Counted from the stretch's first letter, positions 50,722-59,687 are shown. The stretch is DNA of 64,000 nucleotides from an uncultured Acidobacteriota bacterium (GCA_963720545.1 OY970399.1:2016001-2080000); one strand, 5' to 3'. Notes: generated by a model not told the origin, from the sequence alone. Numbers and translations: made by a program.

Positions 50722-52548
50722 ATGGCGACGCGGCGGCTGACCACCGCGCAGGCGCTGGTCGAGTTCCTGGCGGTGCAGCACACCGTGCGCGACGGTATGG
50801 AGCGGCGGCTGGTGCCGCGCATGCTCGGCATCTTCGGCCACGGCAACGTCGCCGGCATCGGCCAGGCGCTGCAGCAGGCGCGGGCGCGCATGCCGTTCAT
50901 GCTGGTGCGCAACGAACAGGCGATGGTGCACATGGCCGCCGGCTTCGCGAAGATGGCGAACCGCCTGCAGACGCTGGCGTGCACCACATCGGTGGGTCCC
51001 GGCGCCACCAACATGATCACAGGCGCCGCCGGCGCCACCATCAACCGCCTGCCGGTGCTGCTGCTCCCCGGCGACGTGTTCGCGAACCGTTCGGTGAACC
51101 CGGTGCTGCAGCAGCTCGAGCATCCGCTGTCGCCAGATATTTCGGTGAACGATGCTTTTGTGCCAGTAAGCCGCTTCTTCGACCGGATCAACCGGCCCGA
51201 ACAGCTCGCCGCCTCGCTGCTCGAGGCGATGCGCGTCCTGACGAGCCCCGCGGCGACCGGTGCCGTGACCATCGCGATGCCGGAGGACGTGCAAAGCGAG
51301 GCGTGGGACTTTCCCGAGCGCCTGTTCGAGAAGCGAATCTGGCGCGTGGGCCGGCCCGTTCCGGAAGGCGAACAGATCGCCGCCGCGGCGACGCTCATCC
51401 GCGCTGCCGCCAGGCCGATGATCGTCGCGGGCGGCGGGGTGCTCTACTCGGAAGCGAGTGCAGCGCTCGACGCCCTCGTGACGCGAACCGGCATTCCCGT
51501 GGCGGAGACGCAGGCGGGAAAGGGCGCGCTGCCGTTCGACCATCCCGCGGCGCTCGGCGCGATGGGAACCACCGGCACGCCCGGCGCCAACCGCTGCGCC
51601 CGCGAAGCCGACCTCGTCGTCGGCATCGGCACACGGTACTCCGACTTCACCACCGCATCGAAGACGGCGTTCCAGGACGAGGCGGTCCGCTTCGTCAACA
51701 TCAACGTGAGCGCCGCCGATGCCGCGAAACACGCCGGCCTGCCGCTGGTCGGCGACGCGCGTGCCGCGCTCGAAGCGCTGCACCAGGCGCTGGCCGGTCA
51801 TGCGGTGGCGCCGGCGTGGCGTGCCGCGGCGCAGGCGGCAAACAAGGAATGGGACGCCGAGGTCGCGCGGCTCTACGCGCTGGGCCATGGCCCGCTGCCG
51901 GCGCAGAGCGAAGTGATCGGCGCCGTCAACGACACGGCGCAACCACGCGATGTCGTGGTGTGCGCGGCGGGCAGCGCCCCGGGCGACCTGCACAAGCTGT
52001 GGCGCAGCCGCGATCCGAAGGGCTACCACGTCGAGTACGGCTACTCGTGCATGGGCTACGAGATTCCCGGCGGACTCGGCGTGCGGCTCGCAGCCCCCGA
52101 CCGCGACGTGTTCGTGATCGTGGGCGACGGCTCGTGGCTGATGATGTCGAGCGAACTCGCCACCGCCGTGCAGGAACGCATCAAGGTGGTGGTGGTGCTC
52201 ATCGACAACGGCGGCTTTGCCTCGATCGGCGGGCTCTCCGAGTCGCTCGGCAGCGGCGGCTTCGGCACCGTCTATCCGCGGCGGGTCGATTTCGAGGCGA
52301 ACGCGCGCAGCCTGGGTGTCGCGACCACGCTGGCCCCGGACATCGCGAGCCTGCGTGAGGCGCTGCGCGCCGCCAAGGCGGGCAACGCGGCGCACGTCAT
52401 CGTCATCCGCACCGACCGCGAGGCGCGCGTTGGTGGCTACGACAGCTGGTGGGACGTGCCGGCGGCGGAGGTCTCCGAAATGCCGTCGGTCCAGGCCGCG
52501 CGCGCGGCATACGAGGCGGCGCGCCGCAAGAAGCGCGACCTCCTGTAG
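50722..52548 (+). CDS. iolD: 3D-(3,5/4)-trihydroxycyclohexane-1,2-dione acylhydrolase
   Basis: RLTTAQALV, GIFGHGNVAG, RNEQAM, PVLQQLE, EYGYSCMGYEI, GDGS, SWWDVP. Confidence 0.95.
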   Translation: MATRRLTTAQALVEFLAVQHTVRDGMERRLVPRMLGIFGHGNVAGIGQALQQARARMPFMLVRNEQAMVHMAAGFAKMANRLQTLACTTSVGPGATNMITGAAGATINRLPVLLLPGDVFANRSVNPVLQQLEHPLSPDISVNDAFVPVSRFFDRINRPEQLAASLLEAMRVLTSPAATGAVTIAMPEDVQSEAWDFPERLFEKRIWRVGRPVPEGEQIAAAATLIRAAARPMIVAGGGVLYSEASAALDALVTRTGIPVAETQAGKGALPFDHPAALGAMGTTGTPGANRCAREADLVVGIGTRYSDFTTASKTAFQDEAVRFVNINVSAADAAKHAGLPLVGDARAALEALHQALAGHAVAPAWRAAAQAANKEWDAEVARLYALGHGPLPAQSEVIGAVNDTAQPRDVVVCAAGSAPGDLHKLWRSRDPKGYHVEYGYSCMGYEIPGGLGVRLAAPDRDVFVIVGDGSWLMMSSELATAVQERIKVVVVLIDNGGFASIGGLSESLGSGGFGTVYPRRVDFEANARSLGVATTLAPDIASLREALRAAKAGNAAHVIVIRTDREARVGGYDSWWDVPAAEVSEMPSVQAARAAYEAARRKKRDLL

Positions 52549-52564
52549 CTGTAGCATCTTGCGA

Positions 52565-54241
52565 ATGAACGCAAAGACCAGGCCGTTGTCCCTTGCGCTC
52601 GCGGTGCTGGCGCTCGCGTGCCAGTCAACGAGCGGCCAGACGACCGGCGGCACGGCCGCCGCGGCGTCTCCTGCCAAACCCAGACTCATCCTGTTCGTTT
52701 CCGTGGACCAGATGAAAGCGGAGTATTTGCAGCGGTTCGCGCCGCTCTACAAGGCCGGGTTCAAGCGTCTGCTCGACCAGGGTGCGGTCTTCGCCAACGC
52801 CTACTACCGCCACGCCAACACCGAGACCGGGCCCGGGCATTCGGTGCTGCTCTCGGGGCGACACGCCGACACTTCCGGGATTGTCTCGAACGAGTGGTAC
52901 GACGAGCGCATCGCCGGCGAACTGAACGTGGTGGGCGACCCGGTGCAGACGACGGTTGGCGGCAAGGGTTTCGCGGCGTCGCCGGCGAATTTCCTGGCAA
53001 CGACCGTTGGCGACGCCTTGAAGAAGGCAAACCCGGCGTCGCGCGTCCTCGGCGTGTCGATGAAGGACCGCTCGGCCATTCTCATGGCCGGCCGCCGCGC
53101 CGACGGCGCCTTCTGGTACGAGGGCAGCACCGGCCAGTTCATCAGCAGCACCTACTATTTTCGCGACGGCAAGGCGCCCGCCTGGCTCGACCAGTGGAAC
53201 GCGGCGCGCAAGATCGACGCTTACGCCGGCAAGAGCTGGGAACGGCTGCTCGGCGACCTCGCGATCTATGAAAAGTATGCCGGCCCCGACGCGGTCGAGG
53301 GCGAGTCGGACCGCAAAGCCATCCTTTTCCCGCACCCGGTCGTCGGCGAAGCGGGTTCGGCGAAGCTCGGCGATTCGGTGCGCGCCACGCCGTTCATCGA
53401 CGAGCTGACCCTCGACATCGCGCTGCGCGTCGTGGACGAGTACCAGCTGGGCAAGGACGACGTCACCGACCTGCTGGCGGTGGGCTTCTCGGCCAACGAC
53501 GTCGTCGGCCACATGTACGGGCCCGACAGCCAGGAGATGCTCGACCAGCAGTTGCGCCTCGACCAGACCCTGGGCCGGCTGTTCGACGCCATCGACGAAC
53601 GGGTTGGCAAAGGCAACTGGGTGTTCGGCCTGTCTGCCGACCACGGCGCCATGCCCCTCGTCGAGGTGCTGCAAAAGCAGGGCCTGCCGGCCAAGCGCAT
53701 TCGCGACGAAGACGTGTTCGGCCCGGTGCAGGCGGCGGTGGCGCGGGCGTTTCCGGGCAAGGCCGACCTGCTGAATCCGTACGACGCGAGCCCGCCGAAC
53801 GGCTACCTCAACCTCGCGGCAATCCAGGCCGCGGGCCTGAAGCGCGCCGACGTGGAAGCGGTGGTGCGCAAGGCGCTGATGGCCACCGGCCTGGTCGACC
53901 GCGTCTACATGCATTCCGACTTCATCGGCGACCCGCCCGCGGACGATCCCGAGTTTCCGCTGTTCCGCGCCGCGTTCTTCGCGCCGCGCAGCCCGCACTA
54001 CATCGTCCGCCTGAAGAAGTGGCTGTATCTCAGCGATCGCCCGGGTGGCACCGGCCACGGCACGGTCCAGGAGTACGACCGCCACGTACCCGTAGCTTTC
54101 ATGGGACCGTGGATCAAGCACGGCGCCTTCACGGCGTCGGCCGGCCCTGAAGACATCGCGCCGACGCTGTCGAAGATCCTGGGCTTCGACTACCGGCTCG
54201 AGAAGGGCCAGCGGATCCTGGAGGAAGCACTGGCGCGATGA
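52565..54241 (+). CDS. Alkaline phosphatase family lipoprotein (PafA-like)
   Basis: LALAC lipobox; SVDQ, TETGPGH, SMKDRSAI, DVVGHMYGPDS, SADHG, TGHG. Confidence 0.88.
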   Translation: MNAKTRPLSLALAVLALACQSTSGQTTGGTAAAASPAKPRLILFVSVDQMKAEYLQRFAPLYKAGFKRLLDQGAVFANAYYRHANTETGPGHSVLLSGRHADTSGIVSNEWYDERIAGELNVVGDPVQTTVGGKGFAASPANFLATTVGDALKKANPASRVLGVSMKDRSAILMAGRRADGAFWYEGSTGQFISSTYYFRDGKAPAWLDQWNAARKIDAYAGKSWERLLGDLAIYEKYAGPDAVEGESDRKAILFPHPVVGEAGSAKLGDSVRATPFIDELTLDIALRVVDEYQLGKDDVTDLLAVGFSANDVVGHMYGPDSQEMLDQQLRLDQTLGRLFDAIDERVGKGNWVFGLSADHGAMPLVEVLQKQGLPAKRIRDEDVFGPVQAAVARAFPGKADLLNPYDASPPNGYLNLAAIQAAGLKRADVEAVVRKALMATGLVDRVYMHSDFIGDPPADDPEFPLFRAAFFAPRSPHYIVRLKKWLYLSDRPGGTGHGTVQEYDRHVPVAFMGPWIKHGAFTASAGPEDIAPTLSKILGFDYRLEKGQRILEEALAR

Positions 54242-55287
54242 AAATGCGCCTCACCACCGAGCGCGGCGCCGATTTCTGGAACGACTCGTGCGCGCCCAAC
54301 GAGCTGGCGGAGGCGGTGGCGGCCGGCGCCACCGGCGCTACTTCCAACCCGGTCATCGTGTACGCGGCCGTCAAGGCCGACCCGAAGACCTGGATGCCGG
54401 TGATCGACGGCCTCATCGCCGAGCGGACGACCGCTACCGAAGACGACATCGCCTGGGGCCTCATCGAGAGCGTCGGGGCACGCGCGAGTGCGGTGCTCGA
54501 CCCGACTTATGAGCGCACCGCCGGACGCAAGGGCTTTCTCTCGATGCAGGTGAGCCCGAAGCTGTACCGCGACGCCGCGGGCATGGCGAAGCACGGCCGG
54601 CAGCTCGCGGGGGTGGCGCGCAACGTGGCCATCAAGGTGCCCTCGACCGCAGCTGGGATCGCCGCGGGCGTCGAACTGGTGCAGGGTGGCATCAGCGTCA
54701 ACGCCACGGTGAGCTTCACGCTGTCGCAGGTGCTCGCCACGGCCGAGGCGTTCGAGAAGGCGCTCGACGAGGCGCGACAGAAAGGCGCCGACATGACGCG
54801 CCTGCACACCTATATCACCCTCATGGCGGGCCGCCTCGACGACCATCTGCAGCGGGTGATGGCGAAGGAGGGTGTGGTCATCGACCCCGGCCTGCTGCAC
54901 TGGGCCGGCATCGCCGTGTTCAAGAAGGCGCGCCGCATCTTCAAGGAGCGCGGCTATCGCAGCACGCTGCTGGCCGCGGCCTACCGCCATCACCTGCACT
55001 GGTCGCAGCTGATAGGCGAGGGCGTCATCCTCACTATCCCCTACGCGTGGTGGAAGCAGTTCGACGCATCGGACATCGCCGTCACCGACACGCTCGACAC
55101 GCCGGTGAACCCGGCCACGGTGCAGGCGCTCTACGACAACTTCGGCGAATTCCGCGCGGCCTACGACGAAGGTGCCATCACGGCCGACCGTTTTGCGAGC
55201 TACGGCGCCTCGGTCCACACCCTGAACCAGTTCCTCGCCGGCTACCAGGACCTCGTGGGCCTGGTCCGCGACCGCATGCTGCGCTAG
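54238..55287 (+). CDS. Transaldolase family protein
   Basis: WNDS, GATSNP, AIKVPST, VNATVSF, MAGRLDD. Confidence 0.85.
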   Translation: MKMRLTTERGADFWNDSCAPNELAEAVAAGATGATSNPVIVYAAVKADPKTWMPVIDGLIAERTTATEDDIAWGLIESVGARASAVLDPTYERTAGRKGFLSMQVSPKLYRDAAGMAKHGRQLAGVARNVAIKVPSTAAGIAAGVELVQGGISVNATVSFTLSQVLATAEAFEKALDEARQKGADMTRLHTYITLMAGRLDDHLQRVMAKEGVVIDPGLLHWAGIAVFKKARRIFKERGYRSTLLAAAYRHHLHWSQLIGEGVILTIPYAWWKQFDASDIAVTDTLDTPVNPATVQALYDNFGEFRAAYDEGAITADRFASYGASVHTLNQFLAGYQDLVGLVRDRMLR

Positions 55288-56769
55288 CTAGGCGAGACGC
55301 GCCGCGGCGGTTTGCAGCCGCGCCACCACCCGCCCCCGACCCAGGCACAAGAGCACGTCGAAGAGACTCGGTCCCACCGAATTGCCGGTGACCGCGGTGC
55401 GCGCGGCATTGATGAGCACTCCCGCCTTCACCGCGAGCTCGTCGGCGAACCCGCGCAGCGCCGTTTCGAGCGCATCGTGCTCCCAAGCCGGCAGCGCCTC
55501 GTACCGCTTCGCAAGCTCAGGCAGCCAGCCCGCGAGCCGCGGCTCCTTACGCAGGTTCTTGGCGAACGCTTCTTCTTCCATGTCAAAGGTGTCGCTGAAA
55601 TAGGCGCGCCCCGGCCCGGCGAAATCGAGCAAAGTGATGAAGCGCTGGCGGATGAGGTCGACGGCACCCGAAAACCAGCTCCGTTCCGCCCCGCCAGCCG
55701 CCCAACCCTCTTGCCACAAGTCGGCGCTGCGCAGCACCTGCTCCACTTTCGGCAGCAGGTCCTCGAGCGGCATCTTCGACATGTACTGCTGGTTGAGGAA
55801 GAGCGCCTTGCGGTCGGTCCACTGCCGCGGGTCGGTCTCGGAGAAGTTGAGGATGGCGTTGGAGCGCGAGACGCCCTCGAACGAGAACGCCTGGATCAGC
55901 TCGTCGGTGGTGAACATCTCCTGGTCGGTGCCCGGCGACCAGCCGATGAGCGCCAGGAAATTGCGGAACGCCTCGGGCAGGATGCCGCGGTCGCGGTAGG
56001 TGGTGAGCGAAACCACCGGACCGTGGCGCCGCTTGCTGAGCTTGGTGCGGTCGGGCGCGTTGATGAGCGGCAGGTGGGCGAAGGCCGGCGGCTGACGGTC
56101 GAGCGCCTGGTAGAGCAGGATCTGCTTGTGGGTGTTCGAGATGTGGTCCTGGCCGCGGATCACGAACGTGATCGCCATCTCGATGTCGTCGCAGACGACC
56201 ACGTGGTTGTAGAGCGGCGAGCCGTCCGGACGCAGCAGCGCGAAGTCTTCGATGTCGGCATAGCGGCGCGACTGTGTCCCATAGACACGATCTTCGAAAC
56301 TGGTTTCGCCTTCGCCATCCGGAACGCGAAAGCGGATAGTGAACGCAGCACCGGCGTCGGCGCGCTGTTGTGATTCGGAATGAGACAGGTTGCGGCTTGC
56401 CTGGTCGCGCAACCACGGACGCTTGGCGGCATCGGCCGCCTTGCGCTGCGCGTCGAGCTCTTCGCTGGTGGCGAACGAGCGATAGGCCTTGCCCTCCGCG
56501 AGCAGCCGGTGCGCAACCTCGCGGTGGCGCGCGACGCCGTCGCTTTGCAGGAACGGCCCCTCGTCCCATTGCAGCCCGAGCCACTCGAGACCTTCGAGGA
56601 TGCTGCGGGTCTTCGCTTCGTCCGAGCGTTCCTTGTCGGTGTCCTCGATGCGAAGGATGAAGGTGCCCGAATTCTTCTTCGCCCAAAGCCAGTTGAAGAG
56701 CGCGGTGCGCGCACCGCCAACGTGCAGGTAGCCGGTTGGCGAGGGCGCAAAGCGCACGCGTAGTGTCAT
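55288..56769 (-). CDS. gltX: Glutamate--tRNA ligase
   Basis: RFAPSPTGYLHVGG, LRIEDTD, RGQDHISN, KLSKR. Confidence 0.95.
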   Translation of the reverse strand: MTLRVRFAPSPTGYLHVGGARTALFNWLWAKKNSGTFILRIEDTDKERSDEAKTRSILEGLEWLGLQWDEGPFLQSDGVARHREVAHRLLAEGKAYRSFATSEELDAQRKAADAAKRPWLRDQASRNLSHSESQQRADAGAAFTIRFRVPDGEGETSFEDRVYGTQSRRYADIEDFALLRPDGSPLYNHVVVCDDIEMAITFVIRGQDHISNTHKQILLYQALDRQPPAFAHLPLINAPDRTKLSKRRHGPVVSLTTYRDRGILPEAFRNFLALIGWSPGTDQEMFTTDELIQAFSFEGVSRSNAILNFSETDPRQWTDRKALFLNQQYMSKMPLEDLLPKVEQVLRSADLWQEGWAAGGAERSWFSGAVDLIRQRFITLLDFAGPGRAYFSDTFDMEEEAFAKNLRKEPRLAGWLPELAKRYEALPAWEHDALETALRGFADELAVKAGVLINAARTAVTGNSVGPSLFDVLLCLGRGRVVARLQTAAARLA

Positions 56770-56821
56770 TTGTCCCTAGTTTGAGGCAAGACGGCGGGCG
56801 CCGAGGCTGCGCCCGCGACCG

Positions 56822-57520
56822 TTAGGCCGTAGCCGACTTCATCCGCCGGCTCTTGCGAACCTTTTCCCGCGGAATGTTGTAGCGCGCCAGGCGCAGGTAG
56901 ATGGTGCGGCGGGTGACGCCCATGAGCCGCGAAACCCGGGCGATGTTCCACTCGTTGCGGTTCAGGAGCAAAAGGAGCTTTTCCCGCTCCATGTCTTCGA
57001 CGGGGGTCCGCTCGAGGTAGGTTTCCCACTCCTCGACGCTGCGGGTCCGCTCCCGGCCAAAGGTGGCGTCGTTGACCGCCTTGGCGATTATCCGGGAGAA
57101 CTTGGCAAGCCGAGGGATGTCGTGCGGTTCGCAGAAGTGCGGATCGGCGCTATCTATATAGATGAGGGCAACGATGGAGCCGGAGTCGTGAACGGGCACC
57201 ACGGCGAAGCTGGCGATAGCCGTATCGTCGAGGTTTACGCGCCTATCCGCTGATTTATCAGTGACATAGAAGGTATTACCCTTCTCGAGAAAGTCCCGTT
57301 CGCGTTCCCAGACCCCCCCGGCGACGTCGAGAACCGACTGGTCCACCCGACTGGAGGCAAAAAGCCGTATTTTGGAGCCTTCCAGCGTAAAAACGGCCGC
57401 AGAACGGCCATTTGTCAGGGAAGCCATCACTTCCAGCGTGCGCTCAGCCAGCCGCTTGGGGTCGTCCGCCCCCACCACCAGATTTGTAAACGAATCGATC
57501 AGATCCACGTGCGGGTTCAT
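56822..57520 (-). CDS. GAF-like + Fis-type HTH transcriptional regulator without AAA+ domain
   Basis: AGGAG RBS; SFAVVPVHDSGSIVALIYIDS GAF-like segment; C-terminal EREKLLLLLNRNEWNIARVSRLMGVTRRTIYLRL HTH_8. Confidence 0.8.
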   Translation of the reverse strand: MNPHVDLIDSFTNLVVGADDPKRLAERTLEVMASLTNGRSAAVFTLEGSKIRLFASSRVDQSVLDVAGGVWERERDFLEKGNTFYVTDKSADRRVNLDDTAIASFAVVPVHDSGSIVALIYIDSADPHFCEPHDIPRLAKFSRIIAKAVNDATFGRERTRSVEEWETYLERTPVEDMEREKLLLLLNRNEWNIARVSRLMGVTRRTIYLRLARYNIPREKVRKSRRMKSATA

Positions 57521-57731
57521 GCCTGCTCCTCGACGGACTGACTGTATACCCCGACCAGCCCGGCCGTTTGTGATGGGGGATGTCTTAGGAAGCAGTATAA
57601 ATCGTATTGACGAGTAGGTGTATACTTTCCACCGTTTCCTGCTACCCAACAGAGTAGGCGGAGATACGGGCTAGATCACAAAAGAAGTTGGGACGAGGCA
57701 TTGGTAGTTCGTATCTCTCAGATTTAAATCA

Positions 57732-57757
57732 GTTTTTCGATGTACACATCGAAAAAC
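57732..57757. promoter_or_regulatory. Perfect 12-bp inverted repeat (candidate operator) upstream of the repeat-peptide gene
   Basis: GTTTTTCGATGT-AC-ACATCGAAAAAC, immediately before the AGAGGA RBS. Confidence 0.6.
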
Positions 57758-57771
57758 ACAAAGAGGATGAA

Positions 57772-58131
57772 ATGCGTAAGTCGTTTGTGATTGCTGTCAC
57801 TCTTTCGTGTGTCGCGTTAGGTTTTGCGGCGCTCCAATCGTCTGGCGCAAAACAAGCGCACGGCTTCACGAGTGGTCCACCAAGCGTGCAGCTTGCACAT
57901 GGCTTCACGAGTGGTCCGCCCAACGTTCGCGTTGCCCACGGCTTCACGAGCGGTCCGCCGAGCGTCCACGTTGCGCATGGCTTCACCAGCGGTCCGCCGA
58001 ACGTTCGCGTTGCGCATGGCTTCACCAGCGGTCCGCCGGCCGTTCGCGTTGCACATGGCTTCACGAGCGGTCCGCCCAACGTTCGCGTTGCCCATGGCTT
58101 CACCAGTGGTCCGCCGAGGGTCGTCGCCTAG
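57772..58131 (+). CDS. Secreted multi-repeat peptide precursor: 28-aa leader/signal + 7 x 13-aa AHGFTSGPPxVxx
   Basis: AGAGGA RBS; MRKSFVIAVTLSCVALGFAALQSSGAKQ then seven units ending exactly at TAG; only synonymous variation in the core. Confidence 0.85.
   Translation: MRKSFVIAVTLSCVALGFAALQSSGAKQAHGFTSGPPSVQLAHGFTSGPPNVRVAHGFTSGPPSVHVAHGFTSGPPNVRVAHGFTSGPPAVRVAHGFTSGPPNVRVAHGFTSGPPRVVA
57856..58128 (+). repeat. Coding tandem repeat, 7 x 39 bp
   Basis: GCNCAYGGCTTCACSAGYGGTCCRCCN core repeated every 39 bp. Confidence 0.95.
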
Positions 58132-58204
58132 GGTGACAAAGCGCCAGCCGCCGCTCAGGCGTACGTCACGCGGTACCAAACGCCTCCTGTCTTAGGATCA
58201 ATCG

Positions 58205-58933
58205 ATGGCCTCTGCCCCCGCGCCGTGGATTGGAACGTGCATCGAGTGGGCGACCAACGTAGTCGTTATCCTGGCGTTGGTGGGGCTGGTCTACCGACGG
58301 AAATACCGGCAGTCCACGCTTATTGGCATCTATCTCGCCAGCGCTTTGATAACCGATCAAATGATGCTCCGCTGGCCAACGCGTTTTTTCAATCGTTCCT
58401 TTTGGTTTGGGAAGGAACTGCTTCTCAACGTCCTCATGCTGGGTGTGGCGTATGAGGTTGGTCTCCGCGTGCTCCGCGCTTTCCCCGGTGCGCGATCGAC
58501 AGCGCGCCTCTTTGTCGGCCTGATACTGATCGGAACAACCGTCTCTTTGCTTCCGGTGTGGCCAGACGGCGGCGGGGTCACCGGCGCAGCGGTCACCCTG
58601 CAAACAAGGCTTCTTAACGGATCTGTGTGGCTTTTTAGCGGGCTCTCGGCAGTTATTCTTTGGTACCGGCTTCCGGTCGCGCGGCTACAAAAAGCCGTAC
58701 TGGTCGGTTTCGTACCTTTCCTACTCGCGTCAACTGCGGGTCTCAACGTCATTCAGTCCGCAACGACACCGGAGACTCTCGCCGCAATCAAACCGTCGAT
58801 GAATCTGGCTCTCGCCGGTGCCTACCTGGGTCTTGTCACTTATTGGGCGTATGTCATCTGGAAAACCGCCGAGGACACGCTGCAGCGTGGCGAACCAGCT
58901 CATGCCGCGAAGAACGCCACCCAACCCCTGTGA
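58205..58933 (+). CDS. Hypothetical 7-TM membrane protein
   Basis: Seven hydrophobic segments seen by eye, with basic loops after TM1, TM3 and TM5. Confidence 0.8.
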   Translation: MASAPAPWIGTCIEWATNVVVILALVGLVYRRKYRQSTLIGIYLASALITDQMMLRWPTRFFNRSFWFGKELLLNVLMLGVAYEVGLRVLRAFPGARSTARLFVGLILIGTTVSLLPVWPDGGGVTGAAVTLQTRLLNGSVWLFSGLSAVILWYRLPVARLQKAVLVGFVPFLLASTAGLNVIQSATTPETLAAIKPSMNLALAGAYLGLVTYWAYVIWKTAEDTLQRGEPAHAAKNATQPL

Positions 58934-59009
58934 TTTCCGTCACATCCGGGGGGGCCCTGTGCGCTGGGCAACTAGCGCGCCCTAGATCGGTGCTACGATC
59001 CCAAATCTT

Positions 59010-59687
59010 ATGTGGTGGATGGTTGCAACAACGGCAATGGGCGCTTTGGCCCTCCTCTTCCTGCTCGGCAAGCGGAACGAGACCGAGGTCCAGCGCGACT
59101 GGGACACTCTCCTCACGCCAAAGGGCGAAAAGCTCTACCACGCGATTGAAAACCGGTTCCGAGTGGAGCTCGCCTTGGCTGAGATGACCTACGAGGACGC
59201 TTTCTCGGTGCGTGAACTCGGGTCGCACGAGGAGGCGATGCACCTCCTCGATGTCGGCTTCAAGGCCATTGAGCGCTTCTCGCCGGACATGATGAAGATG
59301 CTGTCCACGATGACCGTCTTCTCGCGCATGGTCTCGGCGATGGCGCCGGTTCGTCCGCTGCGGCCCGCCGATTTCAAGCTTTCGCAGCTCGCGAGCCTTG
59401 CGCACCTCAACCGCATCCTGCACCACTTCGTGATCTCGACTTCGGAACGCTATCGCCTGCGCCTGTACATGATTGGCCGCGGCTTCGGCATGGCCGGCCG
59501 CCAGCTCATGAAGTCCACCAAGCGCATCGTCGACAGCTCGCCCGATTCGGCGCTCGAGTGGCAGCAGATCCGCGCGATCCGCCACGACTTCCAGACCCTG
59601 ACCGACGAATCTCTCGAGAGCCTGCGCGTCCTGCTCACTTCGCTGGCAGCCGAACGCAAGGACGTCTACCAGAAGATCGTCGTCTAG
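59010..59687 (+). CDS. Hypothetical protein with N-terminal membrane anchor and helical soluble domain
   Basis: MWWMVATTAMGALALLFLLGKR anchor; GC3-biased codons. Confidence 0.75.
   Translation: MWWMVATTAMGALALLFLLGKRNETEVQRDWDTLLTPKGEKLYHAIENRFRVELALAEMTYEDAFSVRELGSHEEAMHLLDVGFKAIERFSPDMMKMLSTMTVFSRMVSAMAPVRPLRPADFKLSQLASLAHLNRILHHFVISTSERYRLRLYMIGRGFGMAGRQLMKSTKRIVDSSPDSALEWQQIRAIRHDFQTLTDESLESLRVLLTSLAAERKDVYQKIVV

Noticed and set aside
57689..57706. Possible sigma54 promoter TGGGACGAGGCATTGG upstream of the peptide gene
   Set aside because: The -24/-12 spacing is off by one, the -12 GC is missing, and the neighbouring regulators lack AAA+ domains.
57856..58128. 39-bp periodic repeat as a CRISPR array
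   Set aside because: The period is a multiple of 3, variation is synonymous, the 12-bp spacers recur, it lies in an ORF with RBS and signal peptide, and there are no cas genes.
57729..58195. Alternative-frame and antisense repeat ORFs (e.g. GGPLVKPCATRT repeats)
   Set aside because: These are shadows of the plus-strand precursor; only that frame has an RBS, signal peptide and invariant core.
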